From positions 1 through 55,588 of the forward strand of contig JAQUYS010000001.1 in assembly GCA_028691765.1 (NCBI GenBank): a stretch of 55,588 nucleotides of DNA, in the 5' to 3' direction. Positions 16,860 through 27,519 of the stretch are shown here, in pieces. Positions within the stretch are counted from its first letter, which is position 1; the number at the start of each line of letters is the position of its first letter. Origin of the DNA: Candidatus Nanoarchaeia archaeon. Its GTDB lineage: Archaea > Nanobdellota > Nanobdellia > Woesearchaeales > SKGA01. The notes under the pieces were generated by a model, which did no database searches, was not told where the DNA came from, and saw only the letters and a list, made by a program, of their open reading frames with translations. The position numbers and the translations under genes are program-made.

Positions 16860-17462
16860 TTATTCTCCTTCTTTTTTACCATCCTTTTTTTCTCCATCTT
16901 TTTTTGGAGGTGGAGGAGTGGTATTTCCCCACGTAATGAAAACTATAAACCCTACAAAAAATAATACCATTAAAATTGCTGCGACATTAACATCATACCA
17001 AACTCTTTGTAAATAATAGTATAACTTGTCTAACCATCCTAATGCGTTTAACGTAATCAACAAAACACCAATTAAAGCGATTGTGGACAATACGTGTTTG
17101 TACCATCCTTTAACTTCGTATTCTGTTGGACCTGTATGAAATATTCCTGTTGCAAGCATATAAGATAATCCTAGAACTATTAAAATTACTGTGTTAGCTA
17201 AAACTTCACTTATTACTCTAACTAATTGACTTGAAGCAATTACAAAGAAAGCGATTGTAAACGCAACCATGCTATTCATATTTTTACGTGTGAATGATTG
17301 TTCATTTCCTTTTGCATCTTTTAAAACTTCAACTCCAAGAATTTTTGTTTTTTCTAGAAATGCAAAAATCAGTGTAAAAACTAATAAAAATGGTAATACA
17401 ACGTCATATATTCCCAGTTGTCCAATAAAGGTAACTGCGCCACCTAGTAAAGTTTCTGCCAT
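16860..17462 (-). CDS. Membrane protein, paralogue 1 of a tandem triplet
   Basis: MAETLLGGAVTFIGQLGIYDVVLPFLLVFTLIFAFLEKTKIL. Start moved to the ATG at 17462 because the TATA box overlaps the track start codon at 17487..17489. The shorter N-terminus also matches paralogue 2. Confidence 0.55.
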   Translation of the reverse strand: MAETLLGGAVTFIGQLGIYDVVLPFLLVFTLIFAFLEKTKILGVEVLKDAKGNEQSFTRKNMNSMVAFTIAFFVIASSQLVRVISEVLANTVILIVLGLSYMLATGIFHTGPTEYEVKGWYKHVLSTIALIGVLLITLNALGWLDKLYYYLQRVWYDVNVAAILMVLFFVGFIVFITWGNTTPPPPKKDGEKKDGKKEGE

Positions 17463-17488
17463 ATATATCCTATTTGTGGAATAGTTCA

Positions 17489-17496
17489 TTTATAAA
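17489..17496 (-). promoter_or_regulatory. TATA box for the membrane-paralogue operon
   Basis: TTTATAAA is centred about 30 nt upstream of the ATG at 17462. Confidence 0.45.
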
Positions 17497-17522
17497 GCTA
17501 TCGATAAATTTTAAGGATTAAA

Positions 17523-17530
17523 TTTATATA
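17523..17530 (+). promoter_or_regulatory. TATA box for the translin gene (leaderless spacing)
   Basis: TTTATATA is centred 27 nt upstream of the ATG at 17554. Confidence 0.45.
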
Positions 17531-17553
17531 TCTAGACAAAATATTGTAAATTC

Positions 17554-18150
17554 ATGGTATTAAATAAAAATGAAATGAAAACTCAATTTGAAGAATTGGT
17601 TGAAAAATATGATTCAGACGACCAACTAAGAGATAAAATAATAGGTATAACTAGAACTATAACTAAATTGGCAAAACAATCGATTTATGCGACACATAGG
17701 CACGAATTAGAAGATGCAAAAAAATTAATTGATGAAGCTGAAAACGAATTAGAAAAAGCAAATAAGATAATCTCTAGCGCAGAAATGTATTTGATGAATA
17801 CATTAAGGTCCGCAATAGAGGAATATGTTGAAGCTAAGGCATTTTATGAATACATTACTGAAAAAAAATTAATTTTAATAAAAAATTTAAAGTTTGAAAT
17901 TCCTTATGAAACTTACATGGAAGCTTTGTGTGATTTCACAGGGGAGTTGGCTAAATTTAGTGTAACTTTGGCTACAAATAATGATTTAGAAGGAGTTAAG
18001 GAGATTAAAGAAACTATTGAAGAAATATATGGTTTCTTTTTAAAGTTTGATTTTAGATCAAGTGAGTTAAGACGTAAATTTGATAGTCTTAAATATAATT
18101 TAAACAAACTTGAAACAATAATTTATGATTTGGGGTTGAAATTAAAATGA
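17554..18150 (+). CDS. Translin family protein
   Basis: All-helical, about 200 aa, with [15 protein letters not shown] and the surrounding pattern typical of archaeal translin. Confidence 0.65.
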   Translation: MVLNKNEMKTQFEELVEKYDSDDQLRDKIIGITRTITKLAKQSIYATHRHELEDAKKLIDEAENELEKANKIISSAEMYLMNTLRSAIEEYVEAKAFYEYITEKKLILIKNLKFEIPYETYMEALCDFTGELAKFSVTLATNNDLEGVKEIKETIEEIYGFFLKFDFRSSELRRKFDSLKYNLNKLETIIYDLGLKLK

Positions 18151-18689
18151 GAAAGCATAATCGATTAACTAAACGTGAAAAAATGGGTTTAATTTTTTTA
18201 ATGATTTTGTTGGTTTGTGTTGCTATTTTTAGTTCGGTGATTAAAATGAATTGGAATGAAGAAATTAAAATTGTGGAAATTGAAACTAACAAAGGGAAAA
18301 TCACAGCTGAAATTTATGTTAAAGAAGCACCTATAACTTCTGAAAATTTTCTGAATTTAGTAGAAGAAAAATTTTATGATGGTTTAATTTTTCATAGATA
18401 TGTAGAAGGATTCGTAATTCAAGGCGGAGATCCAAAGGGAACTGGAACTGGTGGAAGTGATAAAACAATTCCTTTAGAAATTAATGAAAACTTAAAACAT
18501 GTTAAAGGAGCTCTTGCAATGGCAAGAACAAATGATCCTAACAGCGCAACAAGTCAGTTTTATATTACTTTAGAACCAACTCCATTTTTAGATGGCTCAT
18601 ATGCTGTATTTGGAAAGGTTATTGAGGGAATGGATGTTGCGTTATCTTTAAGAGAACAAGATAAAATAAATAGTATAAGGATAAAATAA
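18147..18689 (+). CDS. Peptidyl-prolyl cis-trans isomerase, cyclophilin type, with N-terminal membrane anchor
   Basis: [30 protein letters not shown] and [12 protein letters not shown] motifs. TM helix [18 protein letters not shown] at the N-terminus. Confidence 0.9.
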   Translation: MRKHNRLTKREKMGLIFLMILLVCVAIFSSVIKMNWNEEIKIVEIETNKGKITAEIYVKEAPITSENFLNLVEEKFYDGLIFHRYVEGFVIQGGDPKGTGTGGSDKTIPLEINENLKHVKGALAMARTNDPNSATSQFYITLEPTPFLDGSYAVFGKVIEGMDVALSLREQDKINSIRIK

Positions 18690-18727
18690 ACATCAATTAT
18701 TTAAAGAATGAGTTCTCAATACATTGT

Positions 18728-20692
18728 ATGAACTCTTCAATTCCTTTTCGTTCGATAAATTATAAATGGGAAACTTTTCTTTATAGTCCTAAAATTGAAC
18801 CTAAAAAAAGTTTTGAAAATAAATTTGGTTATCGAGTTCTTAGCAGAAATGATGACGTTGCTGACAAAGTTCAATTTAATGTTTATACTAAAACAGAACA
18901 AGAAATATATATAATTGGAACATTTAATGATTGGGGTAAAAAAGATTTAGAAAAGTACAAGTTGGAATTCGATGAAAAAGGTTTTTCGTTCATTGTTTTA
19001 GACAACATACATCATAAAGATTCTTATTTATATTTGATGGGTGAAAAATTCTTAAGAGATCCTGCAACGATTTTATTTGATGATAAAGGAAATAGTATTT
19101 TTTGGGATTTTGAGGATCCAAGTACATATAAATTAAAACATTCTAAACCCGAAAGACTTCATAGAGCAACTAAAATTTTACAAACTGATATTGCAGGTCT
19201 TGTTTCTAAATGGTTTGAATATGACCAAAATGCGAAAACTTTAGCTCAGAGTAAAGATGATTTATTTACATATATTTGCGAATGTGGTGTGTTGGATAAA
19301 ATTAAAGATTTGGGTTTCAATACATTACAATTTTTGCCTATAACTCAATCTATTGACGGAGATAATTGGAAGCACAGATATTTGGTTACATATCCTTTTG
19401 CAATTCAAAAAAATTTTGGAACACCCGATTCTTTTTTGAGATTGATTGATAAATGTCATGAATTAGGAATAAGTATTATTTTGGATTTAATTTTAAGTCA
19501 TTGTCCATATAAAGATTTTAAATTATTTAATTTTGAAGGAGCCGATGTTGGATTAAATTCTTGGAAAGATTGTTTTGGAAAAGATTTATTTCTTGATGAA
19601 AAAACGTCTTGGGGTACAAAAAGATATAGGTATACTGATGACCACATAAGACAATATTTAATTGAAAGTGGTTTATTATTTTTAACAAAATATGGAATCG
19701 ATGGATTTAGAATAGATAATGTCGATGGTATTTTAAGATTTAATGATAACGGTGATGGTGAAGAACGTCCTGGTGGAAGAAAACTTATGCAAAAACTTAG
19801 TGAAGAATTTTATTTTCACGATCCTTATTGTTTAATTCATCTTGAAGCACATTATTTTTACGGGGACAATGCTAAATTACTAGTCTGTACTAAAAATTTA
19901 TCAAATGCTGCTTTGGAAGCTACAGCATATAATAGTTCTAGGTTGACGTATTTTTTACACAGTGAGTATATGTTGAAAGCAGCACATGAGTTATCTATTT
20001 GGCCAATTGAACACATTAGAAAAGAAAAAGAATGGGGAAATTCAAATAGCACCATGGGTGATTTCCACAATCATGATGCAGCGGCAGGTTTAATGTATGG
20101 TCGGGCAACAGGTTCGTATGCTTTTGATGCAATGACTTTAGGAAAACCTGAGTTGGAAAAACATGCCATTGGAAAAATCCAAGTTATGGAAAGTTTGATT
20201 TCGTTTGGTTTAGAAGGCAGAACTTTAGATTTACTACAAACATTTTTACTTCAAAAAGGTTCTTTTGAACATGACTGTGCTATTGATTGGAAAAAATTAA
20301 ATGAAGAAAAAAGCAAAGAGGTTGTTTATTTTAAAAAACAAGTTAACTTATTATTAAATGATCCTGCATTTTGGCCTGAAAATACGATCAACAGAGAATA
20401 CATAAATGTGGATGATGAAAATAAAGTTTTAATTATTTTGAGAAAAGATACAACTCAAAACACAAATAAAGAATATTATGTTATAATTAATTTTTCAGGA
20501 AAAGCTTTGGAAAACTATAGATTCGGTTTGGAAAAAGAAGGAAAATTAAATTTAATTTTGAGTAATTTTAATGATGAAAAAAACAAAAGCATAAATATAA
20601 CTGAAAGTCATAATTTTGAATTGTTTACAAAAGAAGCTAAGATTCCAGAAATAAATGAGTATGGAATTTTAATTTATATTTTAGAAGAGTGA
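18728..20692 (+). CDS. GH13 alpha-amylase family enzyme, branching-enzyme-like, with N-terminal CBM48/E-set-like module
   Basis: VQFNVYTKTEQEIYIIGTFNDWG (CBM48-like). GH13 regions ILDLILSHC, GIDGFRIDNVDG (nucleophile Asp), HLEAHYF and FHNHDAA. Confidence 0.78.
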   Translation: MNSSIPFRSINYKWETFLYSPKIEPKKSFENKFGYRVLSRNDDVADKVQFNVYTKTEQEIYIIGTFNDWGKKDLEKYKLEFDEKGFSFIVLDNIHHKDSYLYLMGEKFLRDPATILFDDKGNSIFWDFEDPSTYKLKHSKPERLHRATKILQTDIAGLVSKWFEYDQNAKTLAQSKDDLFTYICECGVLDKIKDLGFNTLQFLPITQSIDGDNWKHRYLVTYPFAIQKNFGTPDSFLRLIDKCHELGISIILDLILSHCPYKDFKLFNFEGADVGLNSWKDCFGKDLFLDEKTSWGTKRYRYTDDHIRQYLIESGLLFLTKYGIDGFRIDNVDGILRFNDNGDGEERPGGRKLMQKLSEEFYFHDPYCLIHLEAHYFYGDNAKLLVCTKNLSNAALEATAYNSSRLTYFLHSEYMLKAAHELSIWPIEHIRKEKEWGNSNSTMGDFHNHDAAAGLMYGRATGSYAFDAMTLGKPELEKHAIGKIQVMESLISFGLEGRTLDLLQTFLLQKGSFEHDCAIDWKKLNEEKSKEVVYFKKQVNLLLNDPAFWPENTINREYINVDDENKVLIILRKDTTQNTNKEYYVIINFSGKALENYRFGLEKEGKLNLILSNFNDEKNKSINITESHNFELFTKEAKIPEINEYGILIYILEE

Positions 20693-20698
20693 GATTAA

Positions 20699-21871
20699 AT
20701 GGTATTAATGCATAGTGAAAATAGAACAAATGTACGTCTTCTAGCTATAAAAAAATTAAGTTTTATGGCGTTTTTAGTGGCAAGTAGTTATGGGGCCTTT
20801 GCAACTGCGTGGCCCATTTTGTTAAAAGAGATTATAATTGATAGAGCAAAAATTGGTTTTTTTACTGCAGGACTTTCTATGTTGGGTATGATTTTTTTAA
20901 TTTCTTTGGTACCGTTAATACATAAATTTAAACCTAAACAATTATATTTTATTTCTTTAATAAGCACATCGATATTATTTTTACTTCATGTCTATGTTAA
21001 TAATGTTTATACTTTTTTAATAGTCGCGATTTTAAATATGTTTTTCATGACTGTTCAAATACAGTGTTTTGGGATTTTAATCAGAGATCATAGTTCTCTT
21101 AAAAACATTAATCAAAATGAGAACTTAATATTCATATTGGGGAATTTTGGTTGGTTAATCGGGCCTTTAGCATCTTCGTGGATTGTTTCGCACTACGGGG
21201 TTGATTTAGTTTTTGTTATGGCCTCTTTATTTTTGCTTATGGGCACACATCTTTTTGCATTTACAAAAACAACTGAACATAAAAGCACAGAAGAAAAATT
21301 AAATATTTTCAAAAATTTAATCACATTTATAAAAAAGAAAAAATTGAGAAAAATTTATTTTTTGAATGCAGGATTAGAGATTTGGTGGTGTTTGCCATTT
21401 ATTTTCGTTCCTTTAGAAATTTTAAGAGAAGGATATGCGAGTAAATACATTGGTTTATTTTTATTTTCAGTTATTGTGCCTCTAATATTGACAGAATTGT
21501 TACTCAAAAAAATGAGTAAAAAATTTTCAGAGAAAGTTTTATTGATATGTGGATACAGTATTTTAGCTTTAAGTACATGTGCATGTTTCTTTGCAAATAA
21601 TATAATTCAAATAGCGTTATTTGTAATTGCAGGTAGTTTTGGTTTGGCTTTGATTGAATTCAATGTAGAGAGTCTTTTCTTCAAAACAATAAAAAAATTA
21701 GAGGGAGAAAAATTTTATGGCCCATTCACAACTGCAAAGACTGCGGGATCGTTCATAGGAAAACTAGGAATTGCTTTTTGTTTAAGTTTTTTTACATTCA
21801 AATATATTTTTGTATTTATGTTTTTTGTAATGATTAGTTTAATGACTCTTGCCACTCAAATTAAAAAATGA
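20699..21871 (+). CDS. MFS-type transporter
   Basis: 390 aa with about 12 predicted TM helices in two halves joined by a basic loop (KKKKLRK). Confidence 0.55.
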   Translation: MVLMHSENRTNVRLLAIKKLSFMAFLVASSYGAFATAWPILLKEIIIDRAKIGFFTAGLSMLGMIFLISLVPLIHKFKPKQLYFISLISTSILFLLHVYVNNVYTFLIVAILNMFFMTVQIQCFGILIRDHSSLKNINQNENLIFILGNFGWLIGPLASSWIVSHYGVDLVFVMASLFLLMGTHLFAFTKTTEHKSTEEKLNIFKNLITFIKKKKLRKIYFLNAGLEIWWCLPFIFVPLEILREGYASKYIGLFLFSVIVPLILTELLLKKMSKKFSEKVLLICGYSILALSTCACFFANNIIQIALFVIAGSFGLALIEFNVESLFFKTIKKLEGEKFYGPFTTAKTAGSFIGKLGIAFCLSFFTFKYIFVFMFFVMISLMTLATQIKK

Positions 21872-21872
21872 A

Positions 21873-22490
21873 TTATTCTCCAGTGCCTTTTAATTCTGTA
21901 AAATACTCTTTAGGTCCTGTTTGAGGTATAATTCCTGTATACATTTGTATGTAATTATACATCTCATCAGAATATTTAGCTAATTCTCCTTTGCACGCTT
22001 TTATTGGAACAGGGTTTATTCTTTTCCAGAATTTATGTTTAAAGAATTTCAAGGTTTTATTTGTGTTCCATTCACTTTTTTCACCCGTATCTGCATCTCG
22101 TTCTTCTGCAAACCAAAAAGTAGTTGTAAATTTGAATTCTCCATTATCTAATTTAATTTTATTTCCTTTATGCATAACTTCTTTTGTTTGTACTCTTGTT
22201 GTTTGCATATCCATTTTAAAATATAATTTTAAGTATCCTGCTCCTCCTCCAAGAGGAAATTTTGAAGCTCTAAACCAATAAAGTTGATTTTTAGTTCCAT
22301 CTGGATTTTCAACATCTGAATGAAAAGTTTCATAATTGTCTTTTCCCGTTTGTAAATCCCCCCAACCATTCTCATCTAAATAATAATGAATCCATTGATA
22401 TAATTTCATCCAAGAAAAAGTAGTGTTTTTAGCCGTAAGTTGCCATTCTAGTTTGAATCCCTTGTTAGGAGAGGGTATTTTTTCAATCAT
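21873..22490 (-). CDS. Hypothetical protein
   Basis: 205-aa soluble-looking ORF with a tight fit to its neighbours. No family recognised. Confidence 0.45.
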   Translation of the reverse strand: MIEKIPSPNKGFKLEWQLTAKNTTFSWMKLYQWIHYYLDENGWGDLQTGKDNYETFHSDVENPDGTKNQLYWFRASKFPLGGGAGYLKLYFKMDMQTTRVQTKEVMHKGNKIKLDNGEFKFTTTFWFAEERDADTGEKSEWNTNKTLKFFKHKFWKRINPVPIKACKGELAKYSDEMYNYIQMYTGIIPQTGPKEYFTELKGTGE

Positions 22491-22512
22491 AGTTTATTTA
22501 ACTTAACCTCCT

Positions 22513-23946
22513 TTATAATTTTTGCTTTTCTGCAAACAAGACTAAAACAAAATTCAAAGGCACAATTAATAAAAGCAAAACGAGAACCATTAATTTAAAT
22601 AAAGCCATCAAACCATAGAATTGAGCAAATATAGCGCCCAATGGAACTAAAATTAAATATGGAATTAATGAAAAAAGACCAAATAAATGTATTCCGGCAT
22701 TTTCATCATTATTGTTCATTAATTTGGTGAGCATTTCATTTTGCGATATGCTGATCATGCTTAATCCAATTATAGCTAAAGCGTTAGCGACCAAAATTGC
22801 GTATATGTATTGATTAAAAACAAGTGTTAAAGGCATTAATGTGAATAATAAAGCGCCAAAAACAAATAAGGGAGTAACACCAACTTTATTTTTAAGATAC
22901 ACTATGAATTTTTGCGAAATTAAAGAACACAGCATTGCAAAAACAAATATTAGTGCAATATTTGTAAAAGAACCGAAATATAAATTTTTAAATTTAGAAA
23001 ATAAAAAATATCCATAATATGAATTTCCAAGAGTTTGTATAGTAGCGACCAAAACTCCACTTAGAAGAATACACAATAAACGTTTATCTTTTACAAATAA
23101 ACCCATGTGGTTCTTCATTTTATAAAAATATAAATTTAGTACACAAGCACAAGGTTTGGTTTTATTTATGTCAGGAGAGGAAATTTTAAATAACATATGT
23201 GCTGAAAGAATTAAAGCAAAAGCAGTAAATTCAAATATTATTAAATATCCTGTTAATGGAAGAGAGATGAAATAATTAAAAAAATTAAATGAAAAAACTT
23301 TTTCAGTCATACCAAATTTATCTAAAATAAATCCCGACAAGATGAAGAATAAAGAAGTTATTAGTAAACCATAATGCGTTATGTTTTTTAAGAAAAAACT
23401 TCTTTTTTCTGGTTTTAATGACTGTTTTAATAAACATGAATAAAGTTCACCATATGTAACTATACCTAATCCACTAATCAATAAGGCAACAGAAAATAAA
23501 GGCAAATTTTTAGATTTTATGGCCAACCCCATGAATAAAAACGAAAATCCAAATATTAATCCGGAAATGACAATTATTTTTAAACTCACTTTCCTGACGT
23601 TCGTATAAAATCTTAGAAAGCTCGAAAACATCAATGAAAGGGCTTCTTTCAAACCATTTATTACTCCAACCAAAAAAGTAGATCCCCCAATCATGAAGAA
23701 AAAGATATTTATGAACTGATGTGCCGTTAAACCAAATCCAATTCTATCAAATAGTTCTTTTAATGAAAATAAACAATTTAATTTTTTTTGTTTTGTTTTT
23801 AAGTGAGATGTCTCTATAGAGCTTGATTCTTGAGAATTGATAACGCAACTATCGGAATACGTACTATTTAAAGCCTCTTCTGTAGCCAATTCATTTAGAT
23901 TTTGGTCTGAAATGAGTCCTGTATTGGTTTTTTTAGTAGAGGGCAT
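22513..23946 (-). CDS. Polytopic membrane transporter, MFS-like
   Basis: 477 aa with about 12 TM helices after a 60-aa polar N-terminus. Confidence 0.45.
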   Translation of the reverse strand: MPSTKKTNTGLISDQNLNELATEEALNSTYSDSCVINSQESSSIETSHLKTKQKKLNCLFSLKELFDRIGFGLTAHQFINIFFFMIGGSTFLVGVINGLKEALSLMFSSFLRFYTNVRKVSLKIIVISGLIFGFSFLFMGLAIKSKNLPLFSVALLISGLGIVTYGELYSCLLKQSLKPEKRSFFLKNITHYGLLITSLFFILSGFILDKFGMTEKVFSFNFFNYFISLPLTGYLIIFEFTAFALILSAHMLFKISSPDINKTKPCACVLNLYFYKMKNHMGLFVKDKRLLCILLSGVLVATIQTLGNSYYGYFLFSKFKNLYFGSFTNIALIFVFAMLCSLISQKFIVYLKNKVGVTPLFVFGALLFTLMPLTLVFNQYIYAILVANALAIIGLSMISISQNEMLTKLMNNNDENAGIHLFGLFSLIPYLILVPLGAIFAQFYGLMALFKLMVLVLLLLIVPLNFVLVLFAEKQKL

Positions 23947-24043
23947 GTTCTTATTTAAATATACCCATATTTAAAGGTTTTTAGAAATTAATTTCAAGTT
24001 TTGTAACAGGAAAGATTATAAATAAATAAATATAACAAAAATC

Positions 24044-25273
24044 ATGAGTTTTTCAATCCCCTTAAAAAGAGCAATAGAAGTCGATAAATTTACTGTCGGT
24101 CAAAAAGCAATTAATTTTGCAGTTGTAGAAAATTATATGAATATTCCTTTTAGTATGGTTATAACTACAGAAGCATTTGATGAGTTTGTAACGTATAATC
24201 AATTGGGGCCTGAATTGGATTGGTTCAAAAAAGCAACAAATTTACAAGACAAAGTTGCTAGTTTCGAAAGATTAGTTACTCATTTTAAGAATTCACAATT
24301 TCCACAGTATGTAGTCGACGCACTTCAAGAATGTTACGAGCTTGTAAGTTTAGATACAAATAATTTACACAATCTTTCTGTTAAAAACCAATCTCAAGGT
24401 CTGTTGATGTTAACTCGAAGTTTAAATCAAGATGAAGATTTGGCTTCAACACCTAAAACGTTTTTTACTAAAGAAACATTTAAACAATTTATAGAAACTA
24501 TCAAAAAGACCTATATTAGTGCATTTACACCTGATGCTGTTTTGCAAGAGGATTCTAAAATTGCAGTAATTGTATCTAGAGTTCCTGCATTAAAAACAAC
24601 TATTGAAACAGAATATGATTTAAACAAATCTAAAATTTATGTACGAACTTATTATGGTTTTCCTGATTTTTCAGAAGTTGTTGAAAAAGATGAATTTATT
24701 GTAAATGGAGAATTTTTAAAAATTGAGAAAAGTGGAATTCAAAGTCAAAAAAGGGCTTCTGTTTTCGATTCAACAAAAAATATGTTATCTGTTGGTGAAT
24801 TTAAACAAGAAAACTCCTCCCAAAATGTTGCAGACTCAGTTATTTTAGAGGTTGCTAGATTAACAAAAACAATAAGTAAAACTATGGGTGCAAGTTTTGT
24901 TAGAGCAAGATTTTTTGCAGCCGAAAGAATAGAATGTGTTGATATTGATTGTATTTTTGGAGAAACGGATTTTGAAGAAAAAACTATTGAAGAAACAGTT
25001 GTAGAAGATTCAAAAATCGATTTAGATTCTCTTGGAGTAAAACTAGACTCATTTGAAAAGAAAGAAAAACTTCATGAAAATATAAATGAATTTGAATTTA
25101 AAAACTTCTTGGAAGCTTTAAAAATGTTTATGGAAAAATACAAATCTAAAGAATTGGCTTCAAGCGTACCTATTTTAGTTAGGTCATTAGAACAACCAAA
25201 TAAAAACTCCATACATCAAAGTTTAGAAATATGTAAAGAAATTATTTCAAATTTTAATGAAGACGAAGAATAG
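24044..25273 (+). CDS. Hypothetical protein with weak PEP/pyruvate-binding (PPDK N-terminal, ATP-grasp-like) resemblance
   Basis: GQKAINFAVVENYMNIPFSMVITTEAFDEF resembles the GGKaxnL...vPxGFviTtxAf motif. Otherwise unassigned. Confidence 0.3.
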   Translation: MSFSIPLKRAIEVDKFTVGQKAINFAVVENYMNIPFSMVITTEAFDEFVTYNQLGPELDWFKKATNLQDKVASFERLVTHFKNSQFPQYVVDALQECYELVSLDTNNLHNLSVKNQSQGLLMLTRSLNQDEDLASTPKTFFTKETFKQFIETIKKTYISAFTPDAVLQEDSKIAVIVSRVPALKTTIETEYDLNKSKIYVRTYYGFPDFSEVVEKDEFIVNGEFLKIEKSGIQSQKRASVFDSTKNMLSVGEFKQENSSQNVADSVILEVARLTKTISKTMGASFVRARFFAAERIECVDIDCIFGETDFEEKTIEETVVEDSKIDLDSLGVKLDSFEKKEKLHENINEFEFKNFLEALKMFMEKYKSKELASSVPILVRSLEQPNKNSIHQSLEICKEIISNFNEDEE

Positions 25274-26186
25274 TTATTTCTCGCGTCATTGTTTTATGAA
25301 CATAAATTTTGAACGATTTTTCTTTTTTCCAATGGGTTTTAGATATTAGTTTTTTAACATTTAATGAATCTAGATGACCAATAACCATATTCTTAGTTAT
25401 ATTTTGAGAGTTCAATAGGAATTGCTGAACCAACTTATCTGAATCTTGTGATATGAATGAGTTTTTTCCAAATGGCAAATCCGTTACTATGGCTTCATGT
25501 TTTTTACTAATATTTAACGCATCTTTTACTTCTAAATTCGCATTTAATTTAAATTGATTTAAATTTTCTTTGGCTTGAAAAATCATTTTTTTAGATATGT
25601 CTGAACCATTAACTTTTAGTTTCATTAAACCTCCTTCAATCAATAAACCTCCTGAACCACAAAAAGGATCCAAAAATTCTTTTTTAGAAACTAAATTAAT
25701 CATGGCTTTAGCATATTTAGGGTTAATTGACGTTGGATGATTAAATTTTCTTAAATGAGCTCTTCTATTAAATGGGTCATCTTGATTTGTATAAATTAAT
25801 TTTGTTAAATACCAAAAAGAATTTATTTTTAGAATAATATATGTGTTTTTGGGGGACGATAAATTCACAACTGGATTTTTTAGAGATGTAAAGATATTGT
25901 TGGATAATTCTTTTGTATCGCTTTTTTCCGTTGTAGGTAAGATATATTTTAATTTATAATTTTTTTGTATGCATTTTTGAAAATTTAAGTTTTGAAACTG
26001 TTTATTTTTATCTAGTATTTGGTATACTTCTCTTGTAAACGCAAGTCTTGGAATAAGTTTGATTGAAAAGGAATCTTTTGAAAGAAATATCTTTTCAGTG
26101 TATTTAAATAATGTTACATCTAATAATTTTTCTACTTCATATTTTGCTAAAGAAAGATTTTCTTTGGATAATTGGAAAAAAAACAT
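25254..26186 (-). CDS. THUMP-domain RNA methyltransferase, aTrm11/Trm-G10-like (tRNA guanine-N2)
   Basis: The N-terminus MFFFQLSKENLSLAKYEVEKLL is typical of this family. SAM motif I FLDPFCGSGGLLIEGG and catalytic VTDLPFG. Confidence 0.68.
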   Translation of the reverse strand: MFFFQLSKENLSLAKYEVEKLLDVTLFKYTEKIFLSKDSFSIKLIPRLAFTREVYQILDKNKQFQNLNFQKCIQKNYKLKYILPTTEKSDTKELSNNIFTSLKNPVVNLSSPKNTYIILKINSFWYLTKLIYTNQDDPFNRRAHLRKFNHPTSINPKYAKAMINLVSKKEFLDPFCGSGGLLIEGGLMKLKVNGSDISKKMIFQAKENLNQFKLNANLEVKDALNISKKHEAIVTDLPFGKNSFISQDSDKLVQQFLLNSQNITKNMVIGHLDSLNVKKLISKTHWKKEKSFKIYVHKTMTREITILRLH

Positions 26187-26192
26187 TTTAAT

Positions 26193-26693
26193 CTAGACTT
26201 TTTCCCAGCCCGCATCCATTTCGTCTTTGTATTTTTTCTTAGCATATTCGCCAAGCATAGTCACAACAAATTTGAAAAATTCTCTTTGAAATTCAAAATA
26301 TTGTGTTAAAATATCGATATTTATTGTTTCTTCTCTACCTTCAATTGTTGTAAGTAAAGCAACATTTCGTCTATATTCTTGCTCTGTTTGATATGGTGAA
26401 CGAGTTATTTTTCTTAAAAGTAAATATAAATCCAAATTATCTTGAATTTCTTGTCGACCATATAATTTTTTAACAATATTTACTTTTGCGAGAGGAGTTT
26501 GAGGATCTTCTTGTAAATTTTTTGTATCTTTTGCATACAGTATGAGTGCATCAACTAATAACGAGTATGCATCAATCATTCTGTTCAATGAATTTAATAA
26601 AACATCTCCTGTTCGAGTATATTTCAAACTAACGTAGATTAAGTGTTCTGCTCGTTTAAGTTCTTCTCCTGCATCTTCTATTATTTCAAGCAT
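26193..26693 (-). CDS. Hypothetical helical protein
   Basis: 166-aa ORF separated from flanking genes by 2-6 nt. No family recognised. Confidence 0.45.
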   Translation of the reverse strand: MLEIIEDAGEELKRAEHLIYVSLKYTRTGDVLLNSLNRMIDAYSLLVDALILYAKDTKNLQEDPQTPLAKVNIVKKLYGRQEIQDNLDLYLLLRKITRSPYQTEQEYRRNVALLTTIEGREETINIDILTQYFEFQREFFKFVVTMLGEYAKKKYKDEMDAGWEKV

Positions 26694-26695
26694 AT

Positions 26696-27145
26696 TTAAT
26701 CACCTTTTATATTCATCAACAATTCTGCAATTATTTTTTTTGATATTTGTAAATATTCATTTAAATTTTGGATTGACAATGTGTGTAAACTAAATTGATG
26801 GTCTGCAATTATAAATTTATCTTTTCTAGCGAACTCCACAGGACTATCTTGATGTTCCTGTATCAAATTTCTTAATAAAGTTAAAAATTCAAAATCAGTT
26901 TCAGTTAAATTCAAATTTTTACTTTCTTCACGCAATAAACTAATTTTAGACAAAAATGTGTTTCTGCTTCCAATTTTTTGATTTAAAAAGGCATTTAAGG
27001 AGGATTCCAACGCGGAATGTAATTTCAATAAAATACTTAACAAAACTTTTTGATCTTTTGTGATGGAATATGTTGAATTTAAAAGATATTCTGCTTCTTT
27101 TATGTGCTTTTGAGATTCTAGTGAATATTCTTGTGCTGTTTTCAT
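26696..27145 (-). CDS. Hypothetical helical protein
   Basis: 149-aa ORF in the same transcription unit as NAC. No family recognised. Confidence 0.45.
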   Translation of the reverse strand: MKTAQEYSLESQKHIKEAEYLLNSTYSITKDQKVLLSILLKLHSALESSLNAFLNQKIGSRNTFLSKISLLREESKNLNLTETDFEFLTLLRNLIQEHQDSPVEFARKDKFIIADHQFSLHTLSIQNLNEYLQISKKIIAELLMNIKGD

Positions 27146-27150
27146 TAAAT

Positions 27151-27504
27151 TTACTCCTCTTCTTTTTTAAGAGACATTATAGCTTGAGCCAAATCTCCTT
27201 CAGCATCATTTATTGCATCAATTGCATCTTCTCTTGAAACGCTTGTTTGTGAAATGACTGTTTGTATGTCTTCTTCATCTATTTGAGGAGCAGTATCTCT
27301 TAACTCTTCACGAGCTTCACCTATTATTTGATAAGTTTCTTGTCCCATCATATTTACTTTAGCTACGTCTGGTGAATCTATTATTATGTCTCTATCGTGC
27401 AAACGAATTATTACTTTTTCTGCATCGAGATTATTTTGAGTTATACCCATTTTCTTCATCGCTTGCTTCATTTGACTTGAATTCATATTCATTCCTGGAA
27501 ACAT
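27151..27504 (-). CDS. nac: Nascent polypeptide-associated complex protein (NAC, with C-terminal UBA)
   Basis: QMKQAMKKMGI, the NAC beta-barrel region VIIRLHDRDIIIDSPDVAKVNMMGQETYQIIGEA, and the UBA-like tail VSREDAIDAINDAEGDLAQAIMSL. GAGGTGG SD upstream. Confidence 0.9.
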   Translation of the reverse strand: MFPGMNMNSSQMKQAMKKMGITQNNLDAEKVIIRLHDRDIIIDSPDVAKVNMMGQETYQIIGEAREELRDTAPQIDEEDIQTVISQTSVSREDAIDAINDAEGDLAQAIMSLKKEEE

Positions 27505-27519
27505 AAAACCACCTCGAGT

